Positions 50,801 to 64,000 of a stretch of 64,000 bases of DNA are shown here, in pieces (within the stretch, counting starts at the first letter, position 1; each line of letters starts with the position of its first letter). The notes below the pieces were generated by a model, which saw only the letters and a list, made by a program, of their open reading frames with translations, was not told where the DNA came from and searched no databases. The stretch is from Octopus sinensis. Its lineage: Eukaryota. Both the position numbers and the translations under genes were made by a program. The stretch is taken from NCBI RefSeq assembly GCF_006345805.1, contig NC_043014.1, positions 42,036,001-42,100,000 of the forward strand, written 5' to 3'.

Positions 50801-51148
50801 CATACACATACATATATACACACATACACATACATATATACACACACACACATACATATACACACACACACACATACATATACACAGACACATACATATA
50901 TATATATATACACACACACACACTCAATAGGGTTTGCATGCTTAAACATTTGTTTAGAGAACTGCATGGCAACTACTACAAGAGAAACCAAAGATGGTAC
51001 CCACAGAAATGAAAACACATACTAACAAAATAAATAAATAATTCTGAAAAAAAAAAAAAATTAATTCCTTAAAATGAAGACAGTCTGCTTCTAAGTTGTG
51101 AAAGTGTCTTCTTAAACAGATTCTTTGAAGGTTCCGAGTGATACTTAC

Positions 51149-51267
51149 TGGATTTCAGTTCCAACAACATGGAATGCTTCCTCTAAGAATTCGCGTACAC
51201 TGTGCGTCTCCCCTGTTGCAATGACAAAGTCTTCAGGTTCCTCTTGCTGAAGCATCATCCACATGGC
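51149..51267 (-). CDS. GMDS: GMDS exon ([40 protein letters not shown])
   Basis: 119 nt, tttaag/gtaagt. Confidence 0.96.
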
Positions 51268-51589
51268 CTTAAATGATGGGAGAGAGAAAGGAGCGAAAGG
51301 TAATTACAGTTTAAACCACAAACAAACAAGCAAGACTCTATATAGTCACTCTCCTTGCTAGAACAAGCAGCCAGACGTCCTTCAAATCGCATACACTAAC
51401 ATCATCCTTGTTGTCTTTATCATTTAACATCTGTTTTCCCTGCTGGCAAGGGTTTGACGGTTTGACCAGGAGCTAGTGAGGCCAGGAACTGCACCAGGTT
51501 CCATAGCCCATTTTCGTTTGGTTTTTACGGTTAGATGCCCTTCCTATTGCCAACCACTTTACAGAGTGTACTGGGTGCTTCTTATGTGG

Positions 51590-53190
51590 TACCAGCACTT
51601 TTTCATGCGACACCAGCATCAGTGCTTTTTATGTGGCACCAGGATCAGTGCTTTTTATGTGGCACCAGCTAAGTGCTTTTTATGCGACACCAGCATCAGT
51701 GCTTTTTATGTGGCACCAGGATCAGTGCTTTTTATGTAGCACCAGCATCAGTGTTTTTTTACATGGCACCAGCACCAATGCTTTTTACATGGCACCAGTA
51801 CCAATGCTTTTTACATGGCACCAGCACCAATGCTTTTTACATGGCACCAGTACCAATGCTTCTTACATGCACCAGCACCAATGCTTCTTACATGGCACCA
51901 GAACCAGTGCTTTTCATGTGGCACCAGCACCAGTAATTTTCCTGTAGCACCAGTACTAGTGCTTTTTATGTGGCACCAGCACCAATGCTTCTTACATGGC
52001 ACCAGAACCAGTGCTTTTCATGTGGCACCAGCACCAGTGCATTTTTTACATGGCACCAGTACCAATGCTTCTTACATGGCACCAGCACCAATGCTTCTTA
52101 CATGGCAGCAGCACCAATGCTTCTTACATGGCACCAGTACCAATGCTTCTTACATGGCACCAGCACCAATGCTTCTTACATGGCACCAGCACCAATGCTC
52201 TTACATGGCACCAGCACCAATGCTTCTTACATGGCACCAGCACCAATGCTTTTTACATGGCACCAGTACCAATGCTTCTTACATGGCACCAGCACCAATG
52301 CTTCTTACATGGCACCAGTACCAATGCTTCTTACATGGCACCAGCACCAATGCTCTTACATGGCACCAGCACCATGCTTTTACATGGCACCAGCACCAAT
52401 GCTTCTTACATGCACCAGCACCAATGCTTCTACATGGCACCAGCACCAATGCTTCTACATGGCACCAGCACCAATGCTTCTTACATGGCACCAGCACCAA
52501 TGCTTCTTACATGGCACCAGCACCAATGTTCTTACATGGCACCAGCACCAATGCTTTTTACATGGCACCAGCACCAATGCTTCTTACATGGCACCAGCAC
52601 CAATGCTTCTTACATGGCACCAGCACCAATGCTTCTTACATGGCACCAGCTCCAGTGCTTCTTACATGGCACCAGCACCAATGCTTCTTACATGGCACCA
52701 GCACCAATGCTTCTTACATGGCACCAGCACCAATGCTCTTACATGGCACCAGCACCAATGCTTCTTACATGGCACCAGCACCAATGCTTCTTACATGGCA
52801 CCAGTACCAATGCTTCTTACATGGCACCAGCACCAATGCTTCTTACATGGCACCAGCACCAATGCTTCTTACATGGCACCAGCACCAATGCTTCTTACAT
52901 GGCACCAGCACCAATGCTTCTTACATGGCACCAGCACCAATGCTTCTTACATGGCACCAGCACCAATGCTTCTTACATGGCACCAGCACCAATGCTTCTT
53001 ACATGGCACCAGCACCAATGCTTCTTACATGGCACCAGCACCAATGCTTCTTACATGGCACCAGCTCCAGTGCTTCTTACATGGCACCAGCACCAATGCT
53101 TCTTACATGGCACCAGCACCAATGCTTCTTACATGGCACCAGAACCAGTATTTTCATGTGGCACCAGCACCAGTGCATTTTTTACATGGC
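51590..53190. repeat. 26-bp minisatellite (ATGGCACCAGCACCAATGCTTCTTAC)n, about 60 units
   Basis: Grows out of a SINE 3' end; degenerate on the left, homogeneous toward the right. Confidence 0.97.
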
Positions 53191-53676
53191 ACCACCATCG
53201 CCAAAAGTTTACAAAATGATAGAACATATAAAAAGAGAGAAAGAAAGAAGGAAGAAGGGAATCAATCAATCAATCAACTCCACTAAGGGACTGGCATATT
53301 ATTTATAGCCCTGAAAGGATGACAGGCAAAAATTGACCTTGGCAGGATTTGAACTCACAGCACAGAGAATTAAAACGATTGCTGTGAAGCAATTTCTCCT
53401 ACATCTAACAGCTCTATCAACTGATTAGCAATCACAACATTGATGAATGAACATCATCATCATCGTTTAACGTCCGCTTTCCATGCTAGCATGGGTTGGA
53501 CGATTTTGACAGAGGGCTGGCGAACCAGATGGCTGCACCAGGCTCCAATCTTGATTTGGCAGGGGCCAGTCAGGTGGTACTGGCAACAACCTCGCTCGAA
53601 TCCTTTTACACATGAGAACAAATATTTATAAAAGCTGAAAGTGTTCTGGAGAATGACACTACATGACAAATGTTCA

Positions 53677-54644
<968 letters not shown>

Positions 54645-55479
54645 ACAAAACTTGTCAAGAACGTAAGTGGAGGTAACTCTCTCAAGGGACATAACTTTCC
54701 TTCGTTTCTTTTTTTTCAATTTCATTAGAGACTAATAAACGCTAACAGACTGAGCAATCGGTATAATTGACGACAGGACAATAAGTGAAAGCTGTATAAG
54801 AATAAAGACTACTTCACATACAAACTCATACAACTTAGATTTATAGCTGGAAATGTAATCAGTCCACACTCAATGGGGCAGACGAGGTTGTGTGGTCGAG
54901 AAGCTAGTTTCCAAACAATGTGGTCTTGGGTTCAATCCCACTACATGGCACTTTGGGCAAGCGTCTTTTATGGTAGCCCCAGGTCAACCAATACCTTATG
55001 AGTGAATTTGGTAGCTGGAAACTAAAAGATGCTTGTCATATAAATGCATATATGTGCTGGTGCCACGTTAAAAGCACTGGTGATGGTGTCACATAGAAAG
55101 TGCCCTGTGCACACTGTGGAGTGCTTGGCATTAGGAAAGGCGTCCGGCAGTAGAAACCAGGCCAGAACAGACACTGGAATCTGTTGAGGCCCCTGACCTT
55201 ACTAGCTCCAGTGAAACCGTTCAACCCATGCCAGCATGGAAAACAGGCGTTATATGATGTATATGTATATATACATGCAGGAGTGAGTGTGTGTGTGTTT
55301 GTGTATTTGTACTCTTGTCTAGACATCATGTGATGATAGCAAACATGCATCACCCTGTCTTCCATGGAAACCATATCTGGCCATGGGGGAAATATCATGT
55401 CGCCTGGAAACGGGTGAGTGTTGCCTTAGCAAATTCCATCTGACACATGCAAGCATGGGAAAGTGGATTTTAGGCGACA

Positions 55480-56118
<639 letters not shown>

Positions 56119-56611
56119 TTACACAAGATCAAAAAAAAAAAGGTTATATTGTGAAGGATTACTTGAGGACTATGCCTTTAGCATTCTGGTTATTCTGTTT
56201 TTGACTAATCATCTTTTATGTCATAGCTTCAGGATTTTGATACTGGGATTATTTATTCTTAGAATGACATTATAGGGTGGGTGTGAGAGGCTGGATCTGG
56301 CCAGTTTGAACTTAAAACCTGAAAGTCCTCAAGAAGAGACTACCCAGGCTATCCTGGTTAGCATCCAACACACATGACTATTCTCAGACCATCGTCCTTC
56401 ATAAACCCTGCTAGTTCTTTATACAATAAGAGGGTTGACATTACACCCACCATGATAGATAGAATAACAGTTGCTGTATGTTATACATTCATTGTTATCC
56501 AGCTTAAGCCAATGTGATAACAGCTGTTGTTTAGCACCAAGCCAGCTCTGACTGAGCAGACATGTTCAAAAGCTTTCAGTCACATTGGGATGTTCAAACA
56601 TGTCTAATATA

Positions 56612-57171
56612 TTGGGTTGTCCGGAAAGTTAGAGTTGATTTTTAAAGGAAAGGAAAAGGTCAATAAATACTTGTCATTACGTCTTTAATCAACCAAATAT
56701 GAACCATTTTGTTGCATAATGCATCTCCGTCTTTCCCTTAACTTGAAAATACCCTCTTCTTGAGGTGGTTTCATGGCAAAGAATTCAATAAGGTATCTTT
56801 TTATGTCATCCAAGGAATTGAAATTTTTACCATTAAGACTATTCTGCAGAGACCTGAATAAGTGGAAATCCGAATGAGCAATATCTGGTGAATATGGAGA
56901 GTGGGGTAACACATCCCAGCCGAGCTGCAGCAATTTTTGTCTGGTTCCCAAAGCATCAAGTGCCGAAAATAAACTTTCTTATCTTCCATTTTAAAGGGTT
57001 ACAGAATTAACTCAGGTTATAGGAACATAAACCTTCTTCCACGAAAAGATAGCTTAAACTGTGCTCTAAATAGAGGTGTAGTCAAATCCTAATTTATGGA
57101 CTCAACCGTGTTCTAAAACAAGTCGAAAGGTAAACTACTATAAATTGGCACAAACTTTCCGGACAACCCAA
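56612..57171 (-). mobile_element. internally deleted mariner (560 bp)
   Basis: TA-TTGGGTTGTCCGGAAAGTT ... AACTTTCCGGACAACCCAA-TA; N-terminal MEDKKVYFRHLML joined to C-terminal HSPYSPDIAHSDFHLFRSL. Confidence 0.93.
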
Positions 57172-57351
57172 TACAATCATATATGCGAGATTTAGGAAAT
57201 TCTTAAATTACCATTTTACCAAATATAATAATTGTTTCTTGAAAAAGCAAGAGATCAGAAATTTGTCAGGCAGGGTTTAATTAATATTATCAACCCTAAG
57301 AGTTAATTGAGAGGAACATGCAGAATGGAAAATCTAACAAGGGTTACATAC

Positions 57352-57544
57352 CATAAGGTGAACGAGGGTAAAACGGTGTGGTCTCTTTTTGTGGAATCTC
57401 TTGTACTTTTCCATACAATTCACTGGTTGAGGCTTGGTAGAATTTTACTTTGTCACTTAGAGAACATGTACGGATTGCATCAAGTAGTCGAAGGGTGCCA
57501 ACAGCATCTACATTGGCTGTGTATTCACCAAGTTCGAAAGACAC
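57352..57544 (-). CDS. GMDS: GMDS exon ([25 protein letters not shown]...[11 protein letters not shown]...PRSPY)
   Basis: 193 nt, ttacag/gtatg; catalytic TSE motif. Confidence 0.97.
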
Positions 57545-58397
57545 CTGTAATCATGAAATCAGTTGCATTAAGGTACTTTCGGAATTTTAAAAATACAAAT
57601 AAATGTGCATCTCTCTCTTATATATATCTCATTTGGCTTAACAGCCCTTCTTGTTTGTGTTACTGTTATTCTCCGTGTCCTGTCTTTTACTGTTTATATT
57701 TTGTACTGTCATTACTGTCCTGTTTTTGTTACCATTTTTACCTCTCCGCAAAAAATTCTCAAATTTTATTTAATTTGATTTTCGCGGGAAGGAAAGTTTT
57801 ATTGAAGACATGTATCGCCTTGACCTTCAAAACGTGGAGTAGATGAAACTAAGGCGACTGAAGAAGGGGAATTTTCCTTGTTTTGTATGTCCTGTACTCT
57901 ATTTTTTCGTTGTTTAAAAGAAATGTCCATTTCCTTGGTTTTGTGTTTATGTTTAAGTTTCTCATTGTGTTCGACGTTTTTTTGGTGTCCTGTACCCATA
58001 TATGCGTGTATATATACATATAGAGGTATGTACGTACGTACATATATGTATGTATATATGCATATGTTTTATTTATTAATTTATTATATATATATACATA
58101 CACTCTTTACTCTACTCTTTTACTTGTTTCAGTCATTTGACTGTGGCCATGCTTGAGCACATCGCCCCCAGGACTTATTCTTTATAAGCCTAGTACTTAG
58201 TCTATCGGGGTCTTTTGCTGAACCGGTAAGTTACGGGGATGTAGAGACACCAGCATTGGTTGTCAAGCGATGTTGGGGGAACAAACACAGACACACAAAT
58301 ACATATGTGTGTATGTCTGTATGTGTGTGTGTGTGTGTGCATGTGTGTGTATGTGTGCATGTGTGTATGCGTATGTGCATGTGTGTATGCATATGTG

Positions 58398-58433
<36 letters not shown>

Positions 58434-58638
58434 CATCATCACTTAAAGTTCGTCTTCCATGATGGCATAGTTTGGATGGTTTAGCCAGAGCTGGTACGGC
58501 CAGGGACCACACTAGGTTCCATTGTCTTTTCTTGCAGGGCTTCTACAGCCAGATGCCCTTCCAAATGCCGACCACTCCACAGAGTGTTAACTGGATGCTT
58601 TTTCTTGATGAGGAAACAGCAGCACCAATGCTTTTAAC

Positions 58639-58846
58639 GTGGCACCAACACAATTGCCTTTTATGTGGCACCAACACAATTGCCTTTTATGTGGCACCAA
58701 CACAATTGCCTTTTATGTGGCACCAACACAATTGCCTTTTATGTGGCACCAACACAATTGCCTTTTATGTGGCACCAACACAATTGCCTTTTATGTGGCA
58801 CCAACACAATTGCCTTTTATGTGGCACCAACACAATTGCCTTTTAT
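58639..58846. repeat. eight perfect copies of 26-bp GTGGCACCAACACAATTGCCTTTTAT
   Basis: Follows a SINE of the same family as the 51.6-kb array. Confidence 0.97.
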
Positions 58847-59431
58847 GTGGCACCAGCACTAGTATCAATTCTGTTTTGGTGGATGGTTTGTGTATAAAGG
58901 TATCTGAATGGTGTGGCGGTGGCAAGCTGGCAGAAACGTTAGCACGCCAGGCAAAATGCTTAGCGGTATTTCATCTGCTGTTACGTTCTGAGTTCAAATT
59001 CCGCCAAGGTCAACTTTGCCTTTCATTCTTTCGAGGTCGATAAATTAAGTACCAGTTACGTGCTGGGGTTGATGTAATCGACTTAATCTGTTCATCTGTC
59101 CTTGTTTGTCCCCTCTGTGTTTAGCCCCTTGTGGGTAATAAAGAAATAGGTATTTCATCTGCTGTTACGTTCTGAGTTCAAATTCCGCCAAGGTCAACTT
59201 TGCCTTTCATCCTTTCGGGGTCGATATATTAAGTACCAGTTACGCGCTGGAGTCGATGTAATTGACTTAATCTGTTCATCTGTCCTTGTTTGTCCCCTCT
59301 GTGTTTAGCCCCTTGTGTATGTAGTAAAGAAATAGGTATCTGAATATGTTTGTGTATGTACCAAAGAGAGACGGAAAGAAATAAACGATGAGAAGACCCA
59401 CCACCCCAAATCAGCTTCGTCATCTTCTTAC

Positions 59432-59541
59432 CTTCACATGACTCTGTGCAGCAAGGTTGTATATCTCAGTAGGTTGTACGTCGCTCACAATCTTCACAAG
59501 GTTAGTGCTATCAGTCATGTCTCCGTAGTGGAGATGCATAG
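59432..59541 (-). CDS. GMDS: GMDS exon ([36 protein letters not shown]); most 5' exon found
   Basis: 110 nt, ttggcag/gtaagaag; the eight exons join into one 294-codon frame. Confidence 0.96.
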
Positions 59542-59697
59542 CTGCCAAAAGACCAAATATCACAATAAACAACAAAAAAAAACAGCAACAATACAAGCAT
59601 CAGACAACGAAGTCCTCTGCTCCCTAAGCTTACCCAAGTTCACCCATCTCTTCTCCGTTTATTACCCTTATTTCCTTATTCACCTCCAAAGGCTTAA

Positions 59698-59917
59698 CCC
59701 TTTAGTGTTTAAACCAACCATATCCGGCTAAAATATTTTACCTATTTTATGTTCAAACTAGTCAGATATAGTCATTCATAGCTATTTTATTGTGTCATTT
59801 TAAAAATAAAGAATCACATCATTGAAATCTCAAAGCCATGAAATGATACAAGATTAATTTTACATGGTGTGAATACACAAGCGTTACATTTTACAGAATA
59901 ATCTGAATGCTAAAGGG
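59698..59917. mobile_element. piggyBac-type MITE (220 bp)
   Basis: TTAA-CCCTTTAG ... CTAAAGGG-TCAA. Confidence 0.75.
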
Positions 59918-60465
59918 TCAAAAGTCATTTTGGAGGGTGCAGTGGGGCTGGGATGAGGACTGAGGCTGGTACAAGGCCACCAGCGATGGGAGCACTTGTG
60001 GACATCATCAGCTCTATGTATGATGATGCCTCAGGAATCATTAACCTGAGATGACACCACGCCCACACCTACCATGACTCAACTCTTATAATTGATTCAG
60101 ACCCCCAACTTGAAACTGAAAATAAGCCGTAAGAATCTCATCAATATCGACTCAGAACATTATATATATATTTTCAAACAGGTGTTTAGCAGTGCCATCT
60201 CAGCTGAAGGATTATTCTGTGCCGATGAAACTGTATGGTCCATAGATGCTGCTTTGTGCTGGGTGGGGGTGCTAACCTCCCTTGTTCGAAAATATAAGGA
60301 CACAGATTGTGTGTTGTATAGCCAGCTGGAGACAATGTTTCCTGGGGCTAAAGAGCAGCAGCATTCACCACCAAAATGGGACTGCCACATTAGTTTGGTA
60401 AAAATTTGTTAAAGTGCTGCAACAGAATATCCCTCACTGAGAGATTTAGGAACAACAATGTTTCT

Positions 60466-60505
<40 letters not shown>

Positions 60506-60617
60506 CAAAATTGGATAAGAACACAAAACATCCAGATAGACAATACAAAGCCCTCTATCCTCAGTCAAGCACCAGATTATCCTCGCAATTTTGGCTGATT
60601 ATTCTTGAGGTTGCTCC

Positions 60618-60664
60618 AAACTCAGAGTTTCCCAGTGACCCAATGGGTCACAGATTGTCTAGTA

Positions 60665-60696
<32 letters not shown>

Positions 60697-60741
60697 CTAG
60701 ACTACCCATGACCCATTGGGTCACTGGGAAAGTCTGAGTTT
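60618..60741. repeat. foldback element: 33-bp inverted arms around a (TA)n core
   Basis: AAACTCAGAGTTTCCCAGTGACCCAATGGGTCA versus its inverse, 1 mismatch. Confidence 0.85.
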
Positions 60742-61859
60742 CCCAGTAACAGAGTTTTGTTTTGTAGGTTTTTTTTCTTTTCTTGGTTATTTTGAATGCT
60801 TTCAACGAATGTGACATTGAAATCATGTGTAAGTGGCTCCTTTCATCAGAAAAGGAAAGATTTGGCTGCTATTTCTTGCACGCCCTGCTACCATGTAACA
60901 GGTATTTCAGGTTTATTATTGCAAATAATTGTTATGTGGTAGAGCATCCTAGAAATAGCAGCCAAATCTTTGGAGGTGAGATACGTTGAATGCACTTGAA
61001 AAAAACCTATGGAAGAACATTATTTCACACCGAGGTTACAAACAGGTCTTTTACGAAATATTTACCGTATTTTTAAAGTCATTTCACTTTAAAATATTTT
61101 TTCAAATATGCCAAAAAAATTTTTGTAAATAATTTTTAAAAATACATTAAAATATTATCTGTTTAAAGAAAGCTAAAATATAAATAGTTATTGTAAAAAC
61201 AACTTACATTTTTGAAATCACATTCACTTAAAAATATTCCTAAATGATTAAAATATTGTGTTTAACAAGAGTGAAAATAGAAACATTTACTGTTAAAAAA
61301 AACAAATTGTATTTTTTCGTTGTCAATTCACTGTGTCTAATCAAAAGGTAAGAATTACTTCCCTTTCAGAATTAAGTTAATTTTGGAGACTTTTCCCATT
61401 ATCTACAACCACTCATCCAATTTACATGAAGTTTGTTCCATTCCATTCATATTTACATTTCAGAGTAAACTTAATTCATAGTATTTTCCAGTTATGTGTT
61501 AGTTTGGCTGAGTAACATTGCAAGCAAGCAAGATTCAATCTGACTTTTAATGTATTATAGATATATGTGATGATGGACTCTCCCGTTGAAGACGACATAT
61601 TGGCATTCAGCTTTGCCATACAACCTGCATGAATGATTTGTTTATAGTGATCAAATGTATGTGCCACACATTAGCTTACTCTCTTCATCAAATTGGCATT
61701 GCTTGAACAGTTGCACTGTGTACCACGTGTCAGGTGTCAAAGTGATTGCTAAGCAACACGAGATGAAGTTTTTTGCTGAAGAACACAGTGCACCACCCAG
61801 TCTAGGAATTGAAACTATGATCCCCCGTTTGTGAGTGCAGTGCCCTAACCACTATATAT

Positions 61860-62395
61860 GTATGCATGCATGTGTGCATGCATTTGTATGTGCATGTGTG
61901 CAAGTGCATACGCATGCATTTGTGTGTTTGTGCATGTGTGCATTTGTGCATGTGTGTGTGTGTGTGCATGTGTACATTTGTGCATGTGTATGTTTGTGCA
62001 TGTGTGTGTTTGTGCATGTGTGCATTTGTGCATGTGTGTGTGTGTGTGCATGTGTACATTTGTGCATGTGTATGTTTGTGCATGTGTGTATGTGTACATT
62101 TGTGCATGTGTATGTTTGTGCATGTGTGTGTTTGTGCATGTGTGCATTTGTGCATGTGTGTGTGTGTGTGCATGTGTACATTTGTGCATGTGTGTGTTTG
62201 TGCATGTGTGTTTGTGCATATGTGCATTTGTGCATGTGTGTGTTTGTGCATGTGTGTGTGTGCGTGTGTGTGTTTGTGCATGTGTGCATTTGTGAGTTTG
62301 TGCATGTGTGTACATGTGCATGTGTGTGCATGTGCATGCATGTATTCATGTATGTTTGTGTGTGTTGTGTGTGCATGTGCATGTGAGCATGTACC
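61860..62395. repeat. TTTGTGCATGTG-type satellite with higher-order repeats
   Basis: Direct inspection. Confidence 0.9.
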
Positions 62396-63303
62396 CTTGT
62401 CATAACATTACACAATGGCTACAGAATGAGCATCCCTGTCATACAAGCAGTGTTGTTTGCTTTTAGTCTTCAATGATAAAACACGTTTGGCCAAGGGTAA
62501 ATATTAAGCTTGTTTGGTAATCGGTAAGGGTTGGTGACAGGAAGGGCATCTAGCTGCAGAAAATCTACCTCAGCAAATTCCAGTCAATCCACGCAGTCAT
62601 GGAAAAGTGTATCTAGAACTGCATTAAACATGTAAAAACCATCTGTCTCATTCAAGCACGGAAACATGGATGCAAAACAAAACACACACACACACACACA
62701 CACAGTATTGTCACCATTTAATGCCCACTTTTCCATGGTTGGATGGATTTGACAGAATTTGATGAGGCAGATGCTAGATGCTCTTTCTGTCACCAGCCTT
62801 TATCTGCTTCCAAGCAAAGTAATATTTTCCCAAGGCCCGATACGTTTTCAACAGAATACTAGAAAGGAACAACCCCACTTGTATAACAATGATACTTGTT
62901 TACAACCATCGCATGGTGTCTAAACATGGAATACACAAACGTGCATGTGCATGCATGCTCACACATACACACACACACAGATATGCAATGCAATGCAATG
63001 TGCTTCTTTCAGTTTCCATCTACTAAATCCAGTCATAATCCTTGACTATTGTAATCAAAATAAACTGACATAAAACCTGTTGCAATTACTACAAAGATCA
63101 AAAGAAAAGTCCAGAGATGTGGTAGGCATGTGAGGATGGCAGTGCTTAGCAGTGGTGGTGGTGGTAGAAGCATATGCTGAAGCTGGTGTGGAGATACCTG
63201 CATGTTAAGCTTGGTTAATGTATGCATATGCAAAAACATATACATACATTATAGGCACACACAAACGTTTAAAAGAAAAAATTAATATGAAGTTGCTGCG
63301 AGG

Positions 63304-63334
<31 letters not shown>

Positions 63335-63427
63335 CCAAATTGAAGGAGTGGAACAAGTAAAATCCATGGTACATATGTTTCCTAGCTAGCTAGGAAACAT
63401 ATCTTCAGATCTTATAATTATACACAC

Positions 63428-63491
<64 letters not shown>

Positions 63492-64000
63492 TTCTTTATT
63501 GCCCACAAGGGGCTAAACATAGAGGGGACAAACAAGGACAGACAAAGGGATTAAGTCGATTACATCGACCTCAGTGCGAAACTGGTACTTTATTTATCGA
63601 CTCTGAAAGGATGAAAGGCAAAGTCGACCTCGGCGGAATTTGAACTCAGAACATAGCGGCAGATGAAATACCGCTAAGCATTTCGTCCGACGTGCTAACG
63701 ATTCTGCCAGTTCACCGCCTTACACACATATATATATATCACATAAATACATATGCAGATGCTCTTCTCTCTCTCTTTCTCACACACACACATACATACA
63801 TGCATGTGCACAGAACTTCAGAAAGAGAATTCACAACAATCAAGCATTGTCTCCAACGCAAAAAAAAAAAAAAAAGAGTTAACAATAAGTAATATGTCCA
63901 GAAACAACCAGTTAGTCCAACACAATATCAGCTGATAATGTGTTAATATGAAATCGACCCAGTAGAATGAAATAGATAACAAACAAATTGTGATTTTCCC

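Noticed and set aside
51590-53190. CRISPR-like appearance of regular repeats
   Set aside because: Eukaryotic context, contiguous units with no unique spacers, no cas genes.
51815-53308. 497/438/407-aa ORFs
   Set aside because: Artefact of a stop-free 26-bp repeat cycling through three frames, antisense in an intron.
59990-60050. LVDIISSMYDDAS, RT-like peptide
   Set aside because: Too short to assign to a LINE with confidence.
61570-61610. FNGRVHHHIY resemblance to the GMDS SSSFNTGRIEHLY exon
   Set aside because: Poor match with no suitable 88-nt exon boundaries; the 5' GMDS exons probably lie beyond the window.

Overview
AT-rich animal genomic window, dense in SINEs and microsatellites. 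The repeat families look like those of an octopus/cephalopod genome; this is an inference. (1) 1-11.9 kb is a tRNA-Asn(GTT) gene array: 16 full-length copies (about 10 intact, 6 degenerate) plus 3 fragments, built from several unit types in a higher-order arrangement. Three units carry a ~290-bp, highly structured insert containing a type I hammerhead-ribozyme (HHR) fold. The array also holds a ~200-bp palindrome whose right arm is a complete HHR. (2) A 100-N assembly gap at 12278-12377. (3) 12.4-32 kb is transposon-rich: Tc1/mariner relics, LINE fragments (Tx1/L1-like, RTE, CR1-like), piggyBac-type MITEs, and a 2361-bp Buster/Charlie-type hAT with TIRs, a perfect 8-bp TSD and a transposase broken by a single 1-nt frameshift. 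(4) 33.1-59.5 kb, minus strand: eight coding exons of GDP-mannose 4,6-dehydratase (GMDS), equivalent to vertebrate exons 4-11; the 5' exons were not found in the window. Its introns contain further HHR-like motifs (one on the sense strand with a G3-C8 core swap), SINE-seeded 26-bp minisatellites, an internally deleted mariner and a CTCF-like site. The most interesting theme is several unrelated hammerhead-like motifs, especially the retrozyme-like element in the tRNA array. All folds were worked out by eye and none is tested.
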